Source: Acanthaster planci (taxonomy: Eukaryota). Taken from it: a stretch of 64,000 nt of DNA. A program made the translations under genes and the position numbers. How positions within the stretch are numbered: the stretch's first letter is position 1; the number at the start of each line of letters is the position of its first letter. Shown here in pieces: positions 51,688 through 64,000 of the stretch. The stretch is from the NCBI RefSeq assembly GCF_001949145.1, contig NW_019091355.1:5977068-6041067 (forward strand), read 5' to 3'. The notes under the pieces are model-generated. The model saw only the letters and a list, made by a program, of their open reading frames with translations, had not been told where the DNA came from and ran no database searches.

Positions 51688-53770
51688 CAGTACATTGCAT
51701 TTGAAAGTTAAAGCTGTGAAAAGGAATGGGAAAAAATGCGAAAGGAATTCGCATTCGCATTTTGACCACAACTTTTCCCCCCGTGCAAAAGCGGTGCAAA
51801 TCTTTTGTGAACACGTCGTGAAACATTTGCGAAAACATTGAGAAAAAAATAGTGCGCGAAAACAGTGTGAAAATTTTGAATGGGCAGCAGTAGTAGTCAG
51901 GATGTCGGGATAGGTGTAGATGCATTGTGTGCTTCGCGATGTGCTGTGGCATGCACAAGGTCCCGTGGTGGTTTTTGAGGAGATTTGGTCTCGGTCGGCA
52001 TCACGAAAACGTAGAGATAACCAGATACAATGCATTTATTCCAAAATCACGGTACATGCATCCGCCAATGCATGTAAATGTAATTCACATACATGACAAC
52101 ATGTGGATACATGTACATGTATCTGTACATGTGCACATGTTGAGTATCGAAGTGGGTTAATTTAAACGTTTATAAGAGAGCGCTATAACGGGAATCTATT
52201 GTAATTTAGCTGTTCGGTGTTCAGTGCTTGTCTCCAACCTCCACCTTAGCCAGCTTTGATTTTGCCTGTCACATTGTATTTTGCTCAAAAGCGAGAAACA
52301 TACTGCATTGAAATTTTAATGCTGTNCTGATTTTCCTCCACTTTCCATATTCAGGGATGCGCATGTTTGAAACCACAGAGAACAAAAACTTCCTGATGTC
52401 TACATGTACATGCACAAATACTACTGTGTCTACTGGTCTAACCATGTGGCTCAGAAACCATGCGCCAGGATGGCCCCATGCCTCCTGCGCAGGGGAGAAC
52501 TACTCAGTCGAGCTACCCTCAATTTTTCAGGAGTATACGCTGCTGACTATTCAGATTCGCCTCTGCCCTTCAATTATGGACCCTTCGGCGGGCGACTTCA
52601 ACTTTCGCACGGTCTTGGGAGAAAGTCATACCAGAGAGCTGGGTTCTCGCGACTGTTTGCCATGGATACTCAATCGAATTCATTAGCACTTGTCCTCCGG
52701 CTGACTTGAGTTCCTTCTGACAGAAACAAGTGGGAGGCACAGGAGTCTGAAATACACTCTCTCCTACAAAAGCGAGCCATCCGCCCTGTTCTCAAATCTC
52801 AACATTCTTCCTCACTCTGAAGAAACAACTCAGTAGTCGGCGACCTATTATCAACATCAAGCCTCTGAATGAGTTTGTCTGGCCGAAGAAATTCCACATG
52901 GAGACTCTTCGGACAGTCACCTAGTCTCTCTCGATTCCTTGTTGGGCCTCATCCATAGACCTGAAAGATGCCTACCTCCACATCCTGATTCACTCATTGA
53001 GCTATACATACTGGGAACCTTTTTGAATTCACAGTGCTTCCGTTCAGCCTCTCCACCTCACCAAGAATGTTAACAAGGGTTGCAAAGATCGTCACCACTC
53101 ACCTTCGATAGCGGGACGTCATGACGTTCCAATACTTGTATGACTGGCTCATCGTCGAGACAGCAGTTTCCACCCTCCTTATGGCAATATCATGAACTGC
53201 CTAGGCTTTATTATCAACCCGAAAAGTCGAAACTCACCCCAACGCAACATCCGACATATCTACTGGCAGCCATTGACCTTCAACGGGGTATAATCTCACC
53301 TACGACCGAATGCGTCAACAACTTTCTGGATTGTGTGAGGGTCATTTCTAACAAGCTGTCAGCTCCTGCCCTCACCTGGCTCTGCCTCCTCTGTTTAATG
53401 ACCAGCATGGTGGATCTCATCCCCCTCTGCAGGCTATACATGCGTCCGCTACAACTTCATCTCCAAGCCCTCTACAAACTGAAATGGGATTCAATCAACC
53501 TCTATGTCCCCATTTCAGACTTCAACCGCCCCCAACTCCAGTAGTGGCTAGNTAATTACCCCACTACCAGAGAAAATCTGTGAAATTCTTTTCCCACTTG
53601 TGGGAAAATCTGTGAAAATATTTTCCCACTTGTGTGAAAGATGTGAAAATATTTTCCCACTTCTAGCACACTTTTTCACAATTTGTGAAATGAAAAGGAA
53701 TTCCCCGGGAAGAGAAAAAATGTGAAAAATTGTTCCCATTTCGGTGTTAACTTTCAATCCCAATGTACTG
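51688..53770. mobile_element. Tc1/mariner-type TIR element inserted in the 5' part of the DIRS element
   Basis: TA|cagtacattgcatttgaaagttaa ... ttaactttcaatcccaatgtactg|TA. Short internal repeats (gcgaaa / tgtgaaa; ttttcccacttg) near both ends. Confidence 0.75.
52425..53547 (+). repeat. About 1.1-kb near-identical duplicate of DIRS RT segment 54218-55330
   Basis: Very high identity, including shared disabling stops (e.g. gtcacctag). Bounded by single N at 52326 and 53552. Confidence 0.9.
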
Positions 53771-56700
53771 TAGTACGAGTGATTCGATTCCGCGGTCCCC
53801 ATCTTTGCTTGGTTTATATAGGGTCAACAGGGCGACCCTGGAATTGTTGGGGTTCGCAAGGTGGTGCGAGCGATTCAATTCCACAGCCCTACTTCCCTTT
53901 AGACCGACAGGAGTCAGTCTGCAAAAGATCGAATGGCAGTCAGGCTATACTTGTGATTCCGTGCTAATTCCTGGTCGCAGTACCATCCTCTGTCCAGTTC
54001 AGGGTTAGCCTATGCCATGCTTCAAGGGTCTGAGATGTAGTGCGTGCGAAATCTGAATGCTCAGTTCCCCAATTTTACCACCAAAGTATTTGCAGTCAAT
54101 GATAATGCTGAGTGGTGCTGCACTTGGTGTTTAATTTCCCCTGCTTGCTGGCCTGGACGCACTATCACCACGCGTCCCAGTTCCTAAGCAGTCCTACTGA
54201 TCCACATCGCCTGCTGTTGTGTCCACTGGTCTAACCATGTGGCTCAGAAACCATGCGCCAGGATGGCCCCATGCCTCCTGCGCAGGGGAGAACTACTCAG
54301 TCGAGCTACCCTCAATCTTTCAGGGGTATACGCTGCTGACTATTCAGATTCGCCTCTGCCCTTCAATTATGGACCCTTCGGCAGGCAACTCCAACTTTTC
54401 GCAGGGTCTTGGGAGAAAGTCATACCAGAGAGCTGGGTTCTCGCGACCGTTTGCCATGGATACTCAATCGAATTCATGAGCACCTGTCCTCCAGCCGACT
54501 TCAGTTCCTTCCTCCCAAGTGGGAGGCACAGGAGTCTGAAATACACTCTCTCCTACAAAAGCGAGCCATCCGCCCTGTTCTCAAATCTCAACGTTCTTCC
54601 TCACTCTGAAGAAACAACTCAGTAGTCGGCGACCTATTATCAACATCAAGCCTCTGAATGAGTTTGTCTCGCCGAAGAAATTCCACATGGAGACTCTTCG
54701 GACAGTCACCTAGTCTCTCTCGATTCCTTGTTGGGCCTCATCCATAGACCTGAAAGATGCCTACCTCCACATCCTGATTCACTCACGAAGCTATATATAT
54801 GCTGGGAACCTTTTTGAATTCACAGCGCTTCCCTTCGGCCTCTCCACCTCACCAAGAATGTTAACGAGGTTTGCAAAGATTGTCACCACTCACCTTCAAA
54901 AGCGGGACGCCATGATGTTCCAATACTTGTACGACTGGCTCATCGTCGAGACAGCAGTTTCCACCCGCCTCACGGCGATATCATGAACTGCCTAGGCTTA
55001 ATATTATCATTCAATACTCACCCCAACGCAACATTCGACATATCTACGGGCAGCCATTGACCTTCAACGGGGTATAATCTCACCTACGACCGAATGCGTC
55101 AACAACTTTCTGGATTGCGTGAGGGTCATTTCTAACAAGCTGTCAGCTCCTGCCCTCACCTGGCTCTGCCTCCTCGGTTTAATGACCAGCATGGTAGATC
55201 TCATCCCCCTCTGCAGGCTATACATGCGTCCGCTACAACTTCATCTCCAAGCCCTCTACAAACTGAAATGGGATTCAATCAACGTCTATGTCCCCATTTC
55301 AGACTTCAACCGCCCCCATCTCCAGTAGTGACTGGTGAAGGGACACCTCTCCCCCCGAAATCCCCTCCCCCAGGGCAAATCTGGAAATAACCATAACTTC
55401 AGATGCTTCACATCTGGGCTGGGGAGCTGACCTACTGCCGCCTCAAGCATGGGGAACATGAGACCTCCAGCTCTTCGGGAGTCACATCAATGTTCACTCC
55501 AGGCAGTGTTCAATGCCCTGAAATCCTTTCACTTGAGCGTCGCAAGCAAGTTGGTCCGCAAATGCTCGGACAATTCCATGGTGGTGTTATACATCAATCG
55601 TCAAGGGGGCATGCATTGTCCTTGCGTATGCCTTCTGACGAGAGAGATGTTCCTGTGGGCCCAGGATCATGGCATCGACCTTCAGACGACCCACGTGATA
55701 TCCCCAGTGTTGACAACTCCATCGCTCTTTACTCTTAACACCAGCATGATCAAACAGATCTTTGCCGAAGTGGAGAAACCAAACATCAACCTATTCTCCT
55801 TGGTCTGTTGGTGGAGAATGCCCATCTGCCAGTGTTCTGCAGCAGATTTTACCACCCGCAGGCTTGGGCGAGGAGTGCTCTTCAGCTCAGCTTGGAAGGG
55901 ATGTTGACTTACGTCTTTCCCCGTTATCCCTGATACCAGCGGTACTCTCCAAAATGGAACGGGAGCGGTGTAGTCTTGTACTTGTATGGGTGCCGACAGT
56001 CCTTTCCAGGCTGGAACTGCTCTACCAACCAAAGTCCAGCATTCTTTACCCTCACCCAGTGTCCCTACACCTGACTTGCTGGCTATTGTCACACAATCCC
56101 TCAAGTCAGCAGGACTTTCTGGTCTCAAAGAGCTGATGGCCTCAAAGAGCTGATGGCAATCTATGCGCAGCATCTATGATGCCAGATTACAACATTTTAA
56201 CTTTGTGGTGTTCAGAATGAGGTTTTTCTCCACCAATGTTTCTGTGACTACTGTAGCTGATTTTTTCGTGCACCTTTTCAAATCAGACCTATACAAGTAC
56301 CAACCATCCACAACTACCAGTGGGCCATCGCAGCTTTACATGAGGGCTTCACCAGACAGCTTGACTGTGTCTGACAACGATGCTCTCAAACACCTACTCT
56401 GGAGAATGTTTCTTGAGCGTCCTCCTACCAACAGACTAATCACCTGCTTGGGACTTGTCAGCTGTTCAACTGCTTGCTGGTCCCCCCTTTTGAGCCTCTT
56501 AGCGACGCATTGTTGATCAACATGACAGTGAATCTGGCATTCCTATTAGCAATTATTACCTCACTCTATGGCAGTGAACTGAAAGCCTTGTCCGTCGCTG
56601 ATGGCCTTATCCGATGGGAACCCTGTGGTGTTCCCTCATCCCCATGCTGGGGCTCCTTACCATTACTAAGCAAACTGAGACCATGGTGCTCAGTGCAAAC

Positions 56701-59700
56701 TCTTAAATGGTACATAGCCAGAACCAGAAAGCTTAGAGGTTGGATATCACAGCTCTTCATTATTACCATAACACTTTACTGAGCTGCGGCCAGAGACACT
56801 ATAGCCATATGGGCAGTTTCAGCTATCAAGTTTGCCAACCCAGATTGGCCGATTTCTGTGGACAATCAAACACAACACCTCATCAGGGCTCATGATATCT
56901 GGGCAGTTTTGACATCTTGGGCCCACTTCAGGGGCATACCGATGGAGGAGATGTGCAAGGCAACATGTAGAAAGGCCTCATCTACATTCACCACATGCCA
57001 CCTCACCGATGTCTCACAATAGGATTCCACACTTGGCAGAACTGTCCTGACATTGGATCAATGCGGAAGGGTTCCTCATTGAGGCGGTCCACCACTGGAA
57101 CTGCCTAACTGCTCCATTATCTAGTGAGTCCGCACTATATAATCCTTGGGGCGTACAAGCTCCTCTGGCGCACACTTTTATGTAGTGCATCCTCACCGAT
57201 ATCGGGTTCGGTGCTACTCTGCATATTTAGCAACTGTTTGGGTAGGTTGAAAGCAGAAGACTCCTCCCCCACAGGAATGTGGGTGAGGTCTGCTATTGAA
57301 TGTCTACCCCAAACAGTCAGTTCCTTCCCTTTCCTTTTCCACTTTATTTGGCTTGGATAGTTTTAATAGAAAAAGAAAAGAAAAGAAGGACAAACATGGC
57401 AGCCGCTCTGCTATGCCTCACAGGACTAGAGATAGTAGGCTTACAGGGTGGGCGTAAGTTGAATCTGATAATCTTGCGTTCAGTTCCTTCCGATACACTT
57501 GCAGGCACGGTGCGTGTTCACGTTCAGTTTACGTGGGGCTTAGGCCCCACACTTCACGGCAGCATTGCAACGCTACGGTACACGCGATACATACATGTAC
57601 ATGGCAATGCCGGCTGCGCTGCCGCACCAGACATAAAACAATGAAAAGATAGGTGTAACTGCGTGTAGCTGCAAGCAACTTCCTTACACGTAGACCTGCC
57701 CCTGTTCTCAGCATGTTAAGAACATTCTCTACAGCATTTTGGCCATTTGACGCATTCCTTGTAATTGTAGGGAAGTAAAAACTATGTTATTGTCTTTTGC
57801 AGAGTGGACTGAAATGTACCAACACAACCGAATTCCACCTACAACAAACCACCTATGTTTGTGTCCCATTAATCTTTGGTAGAAGCAAATTCTTACAAGA
57901 CACCGGCTTTTTGTGGTTTGAATGCCCATCAATTTGCTGTATTCAAGCAGTGCTTAACACATTATCATGATCAGCTGACGCACTTTTATTCAGTGTTTTT
58001 CGTGAAGTTTTTCTCTCATAGTTTTAGAAACCTGTATGAGATTTTCTTTCCTTCGTCGGCAATGTATAGTCTTCTCAAGTTGCAAACTAAATTTGAATTA
58101 GGGCAGGGATTGACCGTTTATTTATCGGCCCGTTTCTGTTCTGTCCAAATGGGCTTTTTTCTAAGCACTAAGCCGGATGTTTTTCTCTTCTGTCAAACAT
58201 TTGTTATAATTCGGCTCCTTTACTGGTTTAATGAATGAATTTGCCTGTAATGAAGAGTGCAAAGTCATGGAAGTCTATTGGGTACCTTGTGGCCGTTGTA
58301 TTCTCTGTCTCTCTGGGCCCATTAATTAGGTGGCGCTTATGAATGAAAATCTGCTCGACTACTTCCTAAGGCCTCTTCAGAGAGAGAATTTTAGTTTTCA
58401 AATTTATTTCACCATGTTTACTCTTTGCTATCTTATTTCTTGTGCGCTGCCTGGTATAGTTGGCATTGTTGGAGTTTCATGTACATGTAAGTAGATTTGG
58501 GGAAAATACAGCATCTATTTCACAATATTGTGAGCTTTATTGTATGGTGAATTTCATGGAGCACCGTGTCGTAATCATTAGAACTTTTAATGTTTGGGTG
58601 CAGCTCGGAATAGCACTTACTGGGAAGTGACATAAAAACCCTTGTCACACCAGTAAATGCATGGTTCAGTTTTGGGATAGAGATTTAATTAATAGCAAAA
58701 TCCGCATTCTATTGGATTAGATAATTGCCTTACACACAACACTAACGAAAGTTTAACCAAAAGTAAACCCTGTTAATTTCACTTAACTTTCTATATCGTG
58801 CTCTCTTATTTCTTGAAGAGAGTTTCATGAAAGTTTGACATTTCCAAAACACGCTCAACGTGCAGTGTGACTTTCACAGCTAAAGCTTACTTGTTTTCCT
58901 CGATTTTATCGTCATAACTTCAAACTCACTTGTTCAAAAGAATTTAGTACAGTAGGAAGATTAAGGTTCCAAGTTTCCCATGCAGTTTTAATAGTATCTT
59001 AGTTTCAGACCCCAGTGTTATGAAGATTCGAATTACATGTACTTGCGGTGTCCGTCTACGAATTGTTTCCGTACGCAGTGTTTTTTGCACTGGGACACTG
59101 AAAATTATTTCCAACCGATGACTTTTTGAAAATTCTACATGTAGGTCGGCCCTTTAGTTCACTCTACGTTATGGTAAAGTTATTTGCTTTGGATAAAAAG
59201 AAGGTTTCACAAGTTTCTGTGTTGTGAGAGTTATTGTACTAGCAGGAGGTTTTTTCGCCGTCAGGTTAGACTTTACAATGTTCCATTTTAGTGCCAATTT
59301 TGTCCTGTATAAAGTCAACAGTTTTCTAGCATGCCAACAATTTGGACCTGCCGTGTGTGCCAAGAAGAGGCAATTATGGCAGCGTGTTCCATTTAATTTC
59401 ATATGCAAGCTGCCGCTGTGCTGTCAGTTTGGGCCCGCTTGTTATGTCGGGGCTTGATTCAACTCTGATCAATTTGCTATGTTAATATGAAGGTGAATGC
59501 TTGGCCAGCATGCTAAGAATCTAAAAGCTTGTGCGTGCTCAGTGTGGCAAGTATGGAGTGACCATGCCCCGTTTTTTCCACAAGCTACCGTAGTTCTGGT
59601 ACATGCTCATTTGCTTTGTTGGTGTTAGTGTTCAACTTCGATGACTTTCAGGATGAGGTGATTGAGTAATAAACATGGCAAGGATTTAGGTCCATGCATG

Positions 59701-61712
59701 CCCAGTGTGGCACTATGATGGCCATTGTGGCCTGATGTTTATTCGACAGGCAACTGAATTTCCGATGTACAGTCACCCGTTCTGGAGGTACATGTATGCT
59801 AAACTCCGCTTCGTTAACTTGGTGAATGGTGGGCAAGACAATGTGCAAATGGTTTGACCCCCCGTAGGTTATTATCACATAACTCAAGGTGGACTGGATA
59901 ATAATAATATAACAATAATAAAATGGATTTAGCTAATGCTCTTTGTTGATTTAATCTGAGGGTGATTTACAGCAAATACCAAGCTAGATCTGACGACAGA
60001 TTCTTTGATGCATTTGGGATAAATTAAGCCAACCGCAGATGGTGGTTGCTGATCTTGCATGTATTTTTCCATATTGATCAAGCATCCCACATGGATGCCA
60101 TGGCCAAATTGAAGTTGCTCTTTGCATGTCGTCATGCCCTGGGGCATGTTGCAAATTTTAGGGTCAGTGCGTTAAACATGCAACTGCACATTTCGTTACG
60201 TGCATTGATCTCCCTTTACATGGAACCAGGGAAATGGAAGTTAACAGACAATTTTATGGTTCGTCCGGTGAGAGCCTGCAATTCACGGTGCATCAGCATG
60301 ATAAGGAAGTCACTTTCGAATTGGATAGTATACGGATTTTCAAGGTTGAGGGGAGTGCACTGTCTATCGTCTCAGTGGGGGGCGCGTTGCGCGTGTGGTA
60401 GGAATTGGCTAGGAGCGACAGGCAGTGCCTCAATTCAAGCTAAAATAGTAAACAACTTTAATTTGGAAGTATGTCTTATGATAAACTTTGTCTTATGTTA
60501 AACTTTGAACTTGTATGTTAACTTTTAATCTGTCGTGTTTAATCTTAGGACGGGTACGCCAAGCACCCTCTTATTCTGGTGGGGCTTATTCAATCGCATG
60601 TGCTAATAGTGAAAAGACGGTGTACTCTCAAACTTGTGATCTGTTATGTTTAATCTTGTGCCAGGCACCTCTTGTTCTGGTGGGGCTGATTTGGTTATAT
60701 TAATAATTTAGGCATATGTCATACATGTACAATCGAGCACAAACATTTTGGCTAGCACCCTCTTATTCCGGTTTGGCTAGTTCAATGGATGGCAAGCATG
60801 CCAAGGATTTGGGCCCATAGCTGCCAAGCTTGGCAAGTATTCGGGCAGTCATGCCCAATATTTCGGGCAAGCTTGCCCTGTGTCTCGTGATCTGGTCAGA
60901 CGTGCCCATTTTGGCAAGCTGCCGAAGTTCTGATATAAGCATTATGAATACAAAGGAAATAAAACAGCAGCTAGGAAATACATGCCAAAAAGTCAAACCT
61001 CTGTCTCCATCGCAAGACTATTTTGTGTGTAGTCTGAGAATAATAAAATAATTCCTCTAATGCAGACTGCACTCGCATGATACGTGCTACGTGAAATGGC
61101 TCACAGCCAATCAGTTCTTTATTAACTGTTGAAGACTGGCCATGTTGTGGGCTCTCAACCAATAGGAATGGATAAACTGTCCTTATGAATGATTGTGTGT
61201 TTACAAACTAAAATGTAACAGTAGCAGCTGCTGAGTTGGGTCTAAGATGGGGCTGTTAGTGGATATCCATTTGAGTTTGTAGTATTGGCAGTATGAGCTG
61301 TCATTAATTGATGTTTGGTTCTTCCTTAAAACTGTTTCTTAGTGAATAATTTCAAGTTAAATCCACTCTCACAAGCATCATGCTATTGAAGTCCAGTGAA
61401 GTGGGTGTAAACGAAAATGGAAACCTGTCTTTATTATCATAAGCATCTCGAAAACTATTTATCATTTAGCCAAAACTGAGGTGCTTCTGGTATATGTTTG
61501 GCAGACTGCTGTTCCTGTACAAAGCACAAATGGTTTTGAAAATTTCATGAATGCAAGGTGTAAATATGAACAGTTTTGGTTCCTGTTAAATGTTTGGTAC
61601 AATTTATTTGTAGATTCAAAACTCAGTTTGTTAAAGAATTTAACCATGTAACCAAGATCATCACAATTTGAACTAAAGCACATTTCAAAAATTGTAAATT
61701 TATCGTGTGCAG

Positions 61713-61874
61713 CAACTACCATAGAGCGGTCCATCAGCTTGAGAAATTTCGAGATTGTTGGGGAATCTAAGGAGGCCGAATACTTTTTTGCAAGTGATGC
61801 CAGTGCTGTTATAGAGCACACAAACCGAGTAATCTACCTGGAAGATAATGATGTAGCAGCTGTGCAAGATGGAT
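61713..61874 (+). CDS. GFPT1: GFPT coding exon 7 (gene continues beyond the window)
   Basis: 162 nt, phase 1-1: (A)[53 protein letters not shown]. tgtgcag acceptor, GTGAGT donor. Confidence 0.95.
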
Positions 61875-62569
61875 GTGAGTATCTCTCTTCTGTGTTTCTT
61901 TTATTGACACCTGTCTTCTGTGTTAGTTTCATAGGGTTTTCAAATGGTAAGGAAAAAAATTCACCTCAGTTACATCATTGCATGGAAGGATACTGGTGAG
62001 CCTACAATCACAACCCATCATTGATACAATCATTTTCATAGCCTTGGGCTTACCTGTAACCACTAATCACAAAAATATTTTAATGGATGTTGTAAAAGAA
62101 GACAGAGTTATAAAGTTTCATATTTTTGTTGAATGAATTGATTTGCTTCTTAAGCAGCAAGCTGCAATAGCTACATGTATTCTGTTGTAGTTAGAGTGAC
62201 AAGAAACACGCATCATGGCTGCTTTGCATAGCTACATGTACATACAAGTAAGTCTAAATAGACGCATCAGATCCTCTGTGTGCAAAACAAATTGGAACCA
62301 CTTTGTGTGAGGGCATATGTACATGACACCCAGAACAATGGGCAGGCCTTCCCCAGGTTAAGGGGACAACTTTACTTGTTAGGAAATGCCAACACAAGTA
62401 GGTGTGTGAACAGAAATGTGTTAACATGCTGCTTATGAAACTTATGCCCTCTGACATGAACTGCTTTAATTATTCATATGTCACATGAACAATGATAATG
62501 TCATCCTGACTTCATTATTTTAGTATGATCTGTGTTAGGGTCTGCTATCAACACATAATGTTCATTTTT

Positions 62570-63790
62570 GTCTAAAATGCATCCTTTTCTCAATCAGACA
62601 TGTAGTTCATGAGATACAAATGTACCTGATGATAATTATCATGTGACTCGTCCTCTAATGACATCATCACTGAGGTCAATTTTTGTCTAAAGCACTCCCA
62701 TTCTAAGATATCTGCAAGGTTTGAACCCAATTGGATATGTATTTATGAAATGTAGCGCTTTGAAGATGAGAAGGCATTTTAAAAAAATAAGCTTTGAAAA
62801 TGTTAGAATGAACAGAAAATGTTGGCATTTAATGAATGTTACATAATTGAATCATATTGCTGAGTTCTGAAGACTGGCTGGCGAAAAACATGTATAAAAC
62901 CTATAGCAGAAAATTAAATATTAAAAAATCATTAAGAAATTAGGTGATGTCATCATGACGTGATAAATTTAGCAAAATTCTTTTATCAGGGTCTTTGTTG
63001 GCTGTAACTTTGGTGAGGATCAAACATAAAGTTATCAAAATAGTGGCATGAAAACGTGTACAAAATGAATGGGCTGAAATAAACATTGAAAAATCATTAA
63101 TAAATCAGATGATGACATCATCATGAAGTCATCCAATTAGAATAATTTTTGTATCAAGGTCTTTCTTGGCGTTCACTTTGATAACCATCAAACATCACAA
63201 AATTATTAAAATGGTTGTTTGAAAACATGTACTGTACAAAGTCAATGGGCTAAAAGCACTACACGTATGAAAAAACTGCTCCTTTAAATTCGTGTCACAT
63301 GAGTTGCATTTTGACGGAAAACATTTAATGAAATATTACTTGATATTTTGACTCTTGGGTATATTTGCAATCGAACGGAAGAGAAAATTTAGTCTTATTT
63401 CTCATTCGTTCTGGCAGTAATTCTCGGTTGAAGTTGAGAGTTACTCACTCCCGTTTTAGTTATGCACAAAGTTTCAACCCAATCAGACATGTACTTCACA
63501 AGATATAGCACTTTAAAGAGTGCCCCTTGAATGTCAGATGACTTGTCACATGATGATGTCACAATCGCATGAGGTCAATCCACGTCTAAAACTCTTAGAT
63601 GTCAGATAACTTGTCACACGATGATGTGACAATCGCATGAGGTCAATCTACGTCTGAAACCCTTGGATCTACATGTACATGTATTCACAAAGTTTCAACC
63701 CAATCGGATATGTACTTCACGAGATATAGCACTTTAAAGAGTGCCCCTTGAATGTCAGATGACTTGTCACACGATGAGGTCATTATGAGA
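62570..63790. repeat. Cluster of tandem repeat units: inverted copies of the 34830-35770 family (62570-62765, 63465-63790) and an about 166-bp dimer (62925-63255)
   Basis: caaagtttcaacccaatcggatatgtacttcacgagatatagcactttaaag is the reverse complement of the 35230-35290 unit. aaaaatcattaa...gatgatg(t/a)catcat...ggtctttcttggc...aatgggct occurs twice. Confidence 0.8.
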
Positions 63791-64000
63791 ACTTGTACAG
63801 GAACCTTTTCTAGCTTGTGGCCTTATAGTGTGTGCCCCCAACACAAACTCAGTCAGATCGATAACAGTGCAAAAGCAGTCTTCCTGTTGAAGAACAGTTT
63901 AAAAAAATGTATGGGGAAATTAAATATTCAACATTTCAAAATAAATCAGTGGAAGAAACTTGTACAAAAAAAGGGGGTTGGGGTCAGACGAAGATGATGA

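Larger units (their letters stand above)
51285..57460 (+). mobile_element. Near-full-length but dead DIRS1-like retrotransposon (left ITR, gag, RT, RNase H, MT-like, YR, ICR, right ITR)
   Basis: RT: RPIINIKPLNEFV..KFHMETL..SIDLKDAYLHI..FTALPFGLSTSPR..QYLYDWLI (54630-54945). RNase H: ITSDASHLGWGA and DNSMVVLYINRQGG. YR: RSIYDARLQHF, AFLLAIITS..SELKAL, RAHDI. The left ITR 51368-51415 is the reverse complement of 57388-57440. Palindromic ICR at 57238-57320. Confidence 0.9.

Overview
Eukaryotic, intron-rich genomic DNA from an invertebrate animal (about 38% GC by eye). It has three N-gaps and two single-N joins. There are two host genes, both on the + strand. The first is the 3' part of SKP1 (3 coding exons, 2465-7215). 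The second is the 5' part of glutamine:fructose-6-phosphate amidotransferase GFPT/GFAT (7 coding exons, 17828-61874, continuing past the window). The introns and the intergenic region are filled with decayed mobile elements: three DIRS-like tyrosine-recombinase retrotransposons, two Tx1-like LINEs, an ISL2EU/Harbinger-like DNA transposon (THAP-DDE transposase plus YqaJ exonuclease), tRNA-derived SINEs, and many MITEs (Tc1/mariner, hAT, piggyBac type). Four observations stand out. (1) The over-represented palindromes TACATGTA, TACCGGTA and TAGGCCTA behave as 6-bp insertions at TA sites when paralogous repeat copies are compared, as expected for cut-and-paste excision footprints. (2) The ISL2EU-like element has its two genes interleaved on opposite strands. 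(3) A candidate 54-nt cassette exon lies in the GFPT intron equivalent to the one holding the vertebrate muscle-specific 54-nt exon. (4) Two hAT-like elements appear to have 6-bp TSDs. All calls were made by eye, with no database searches.
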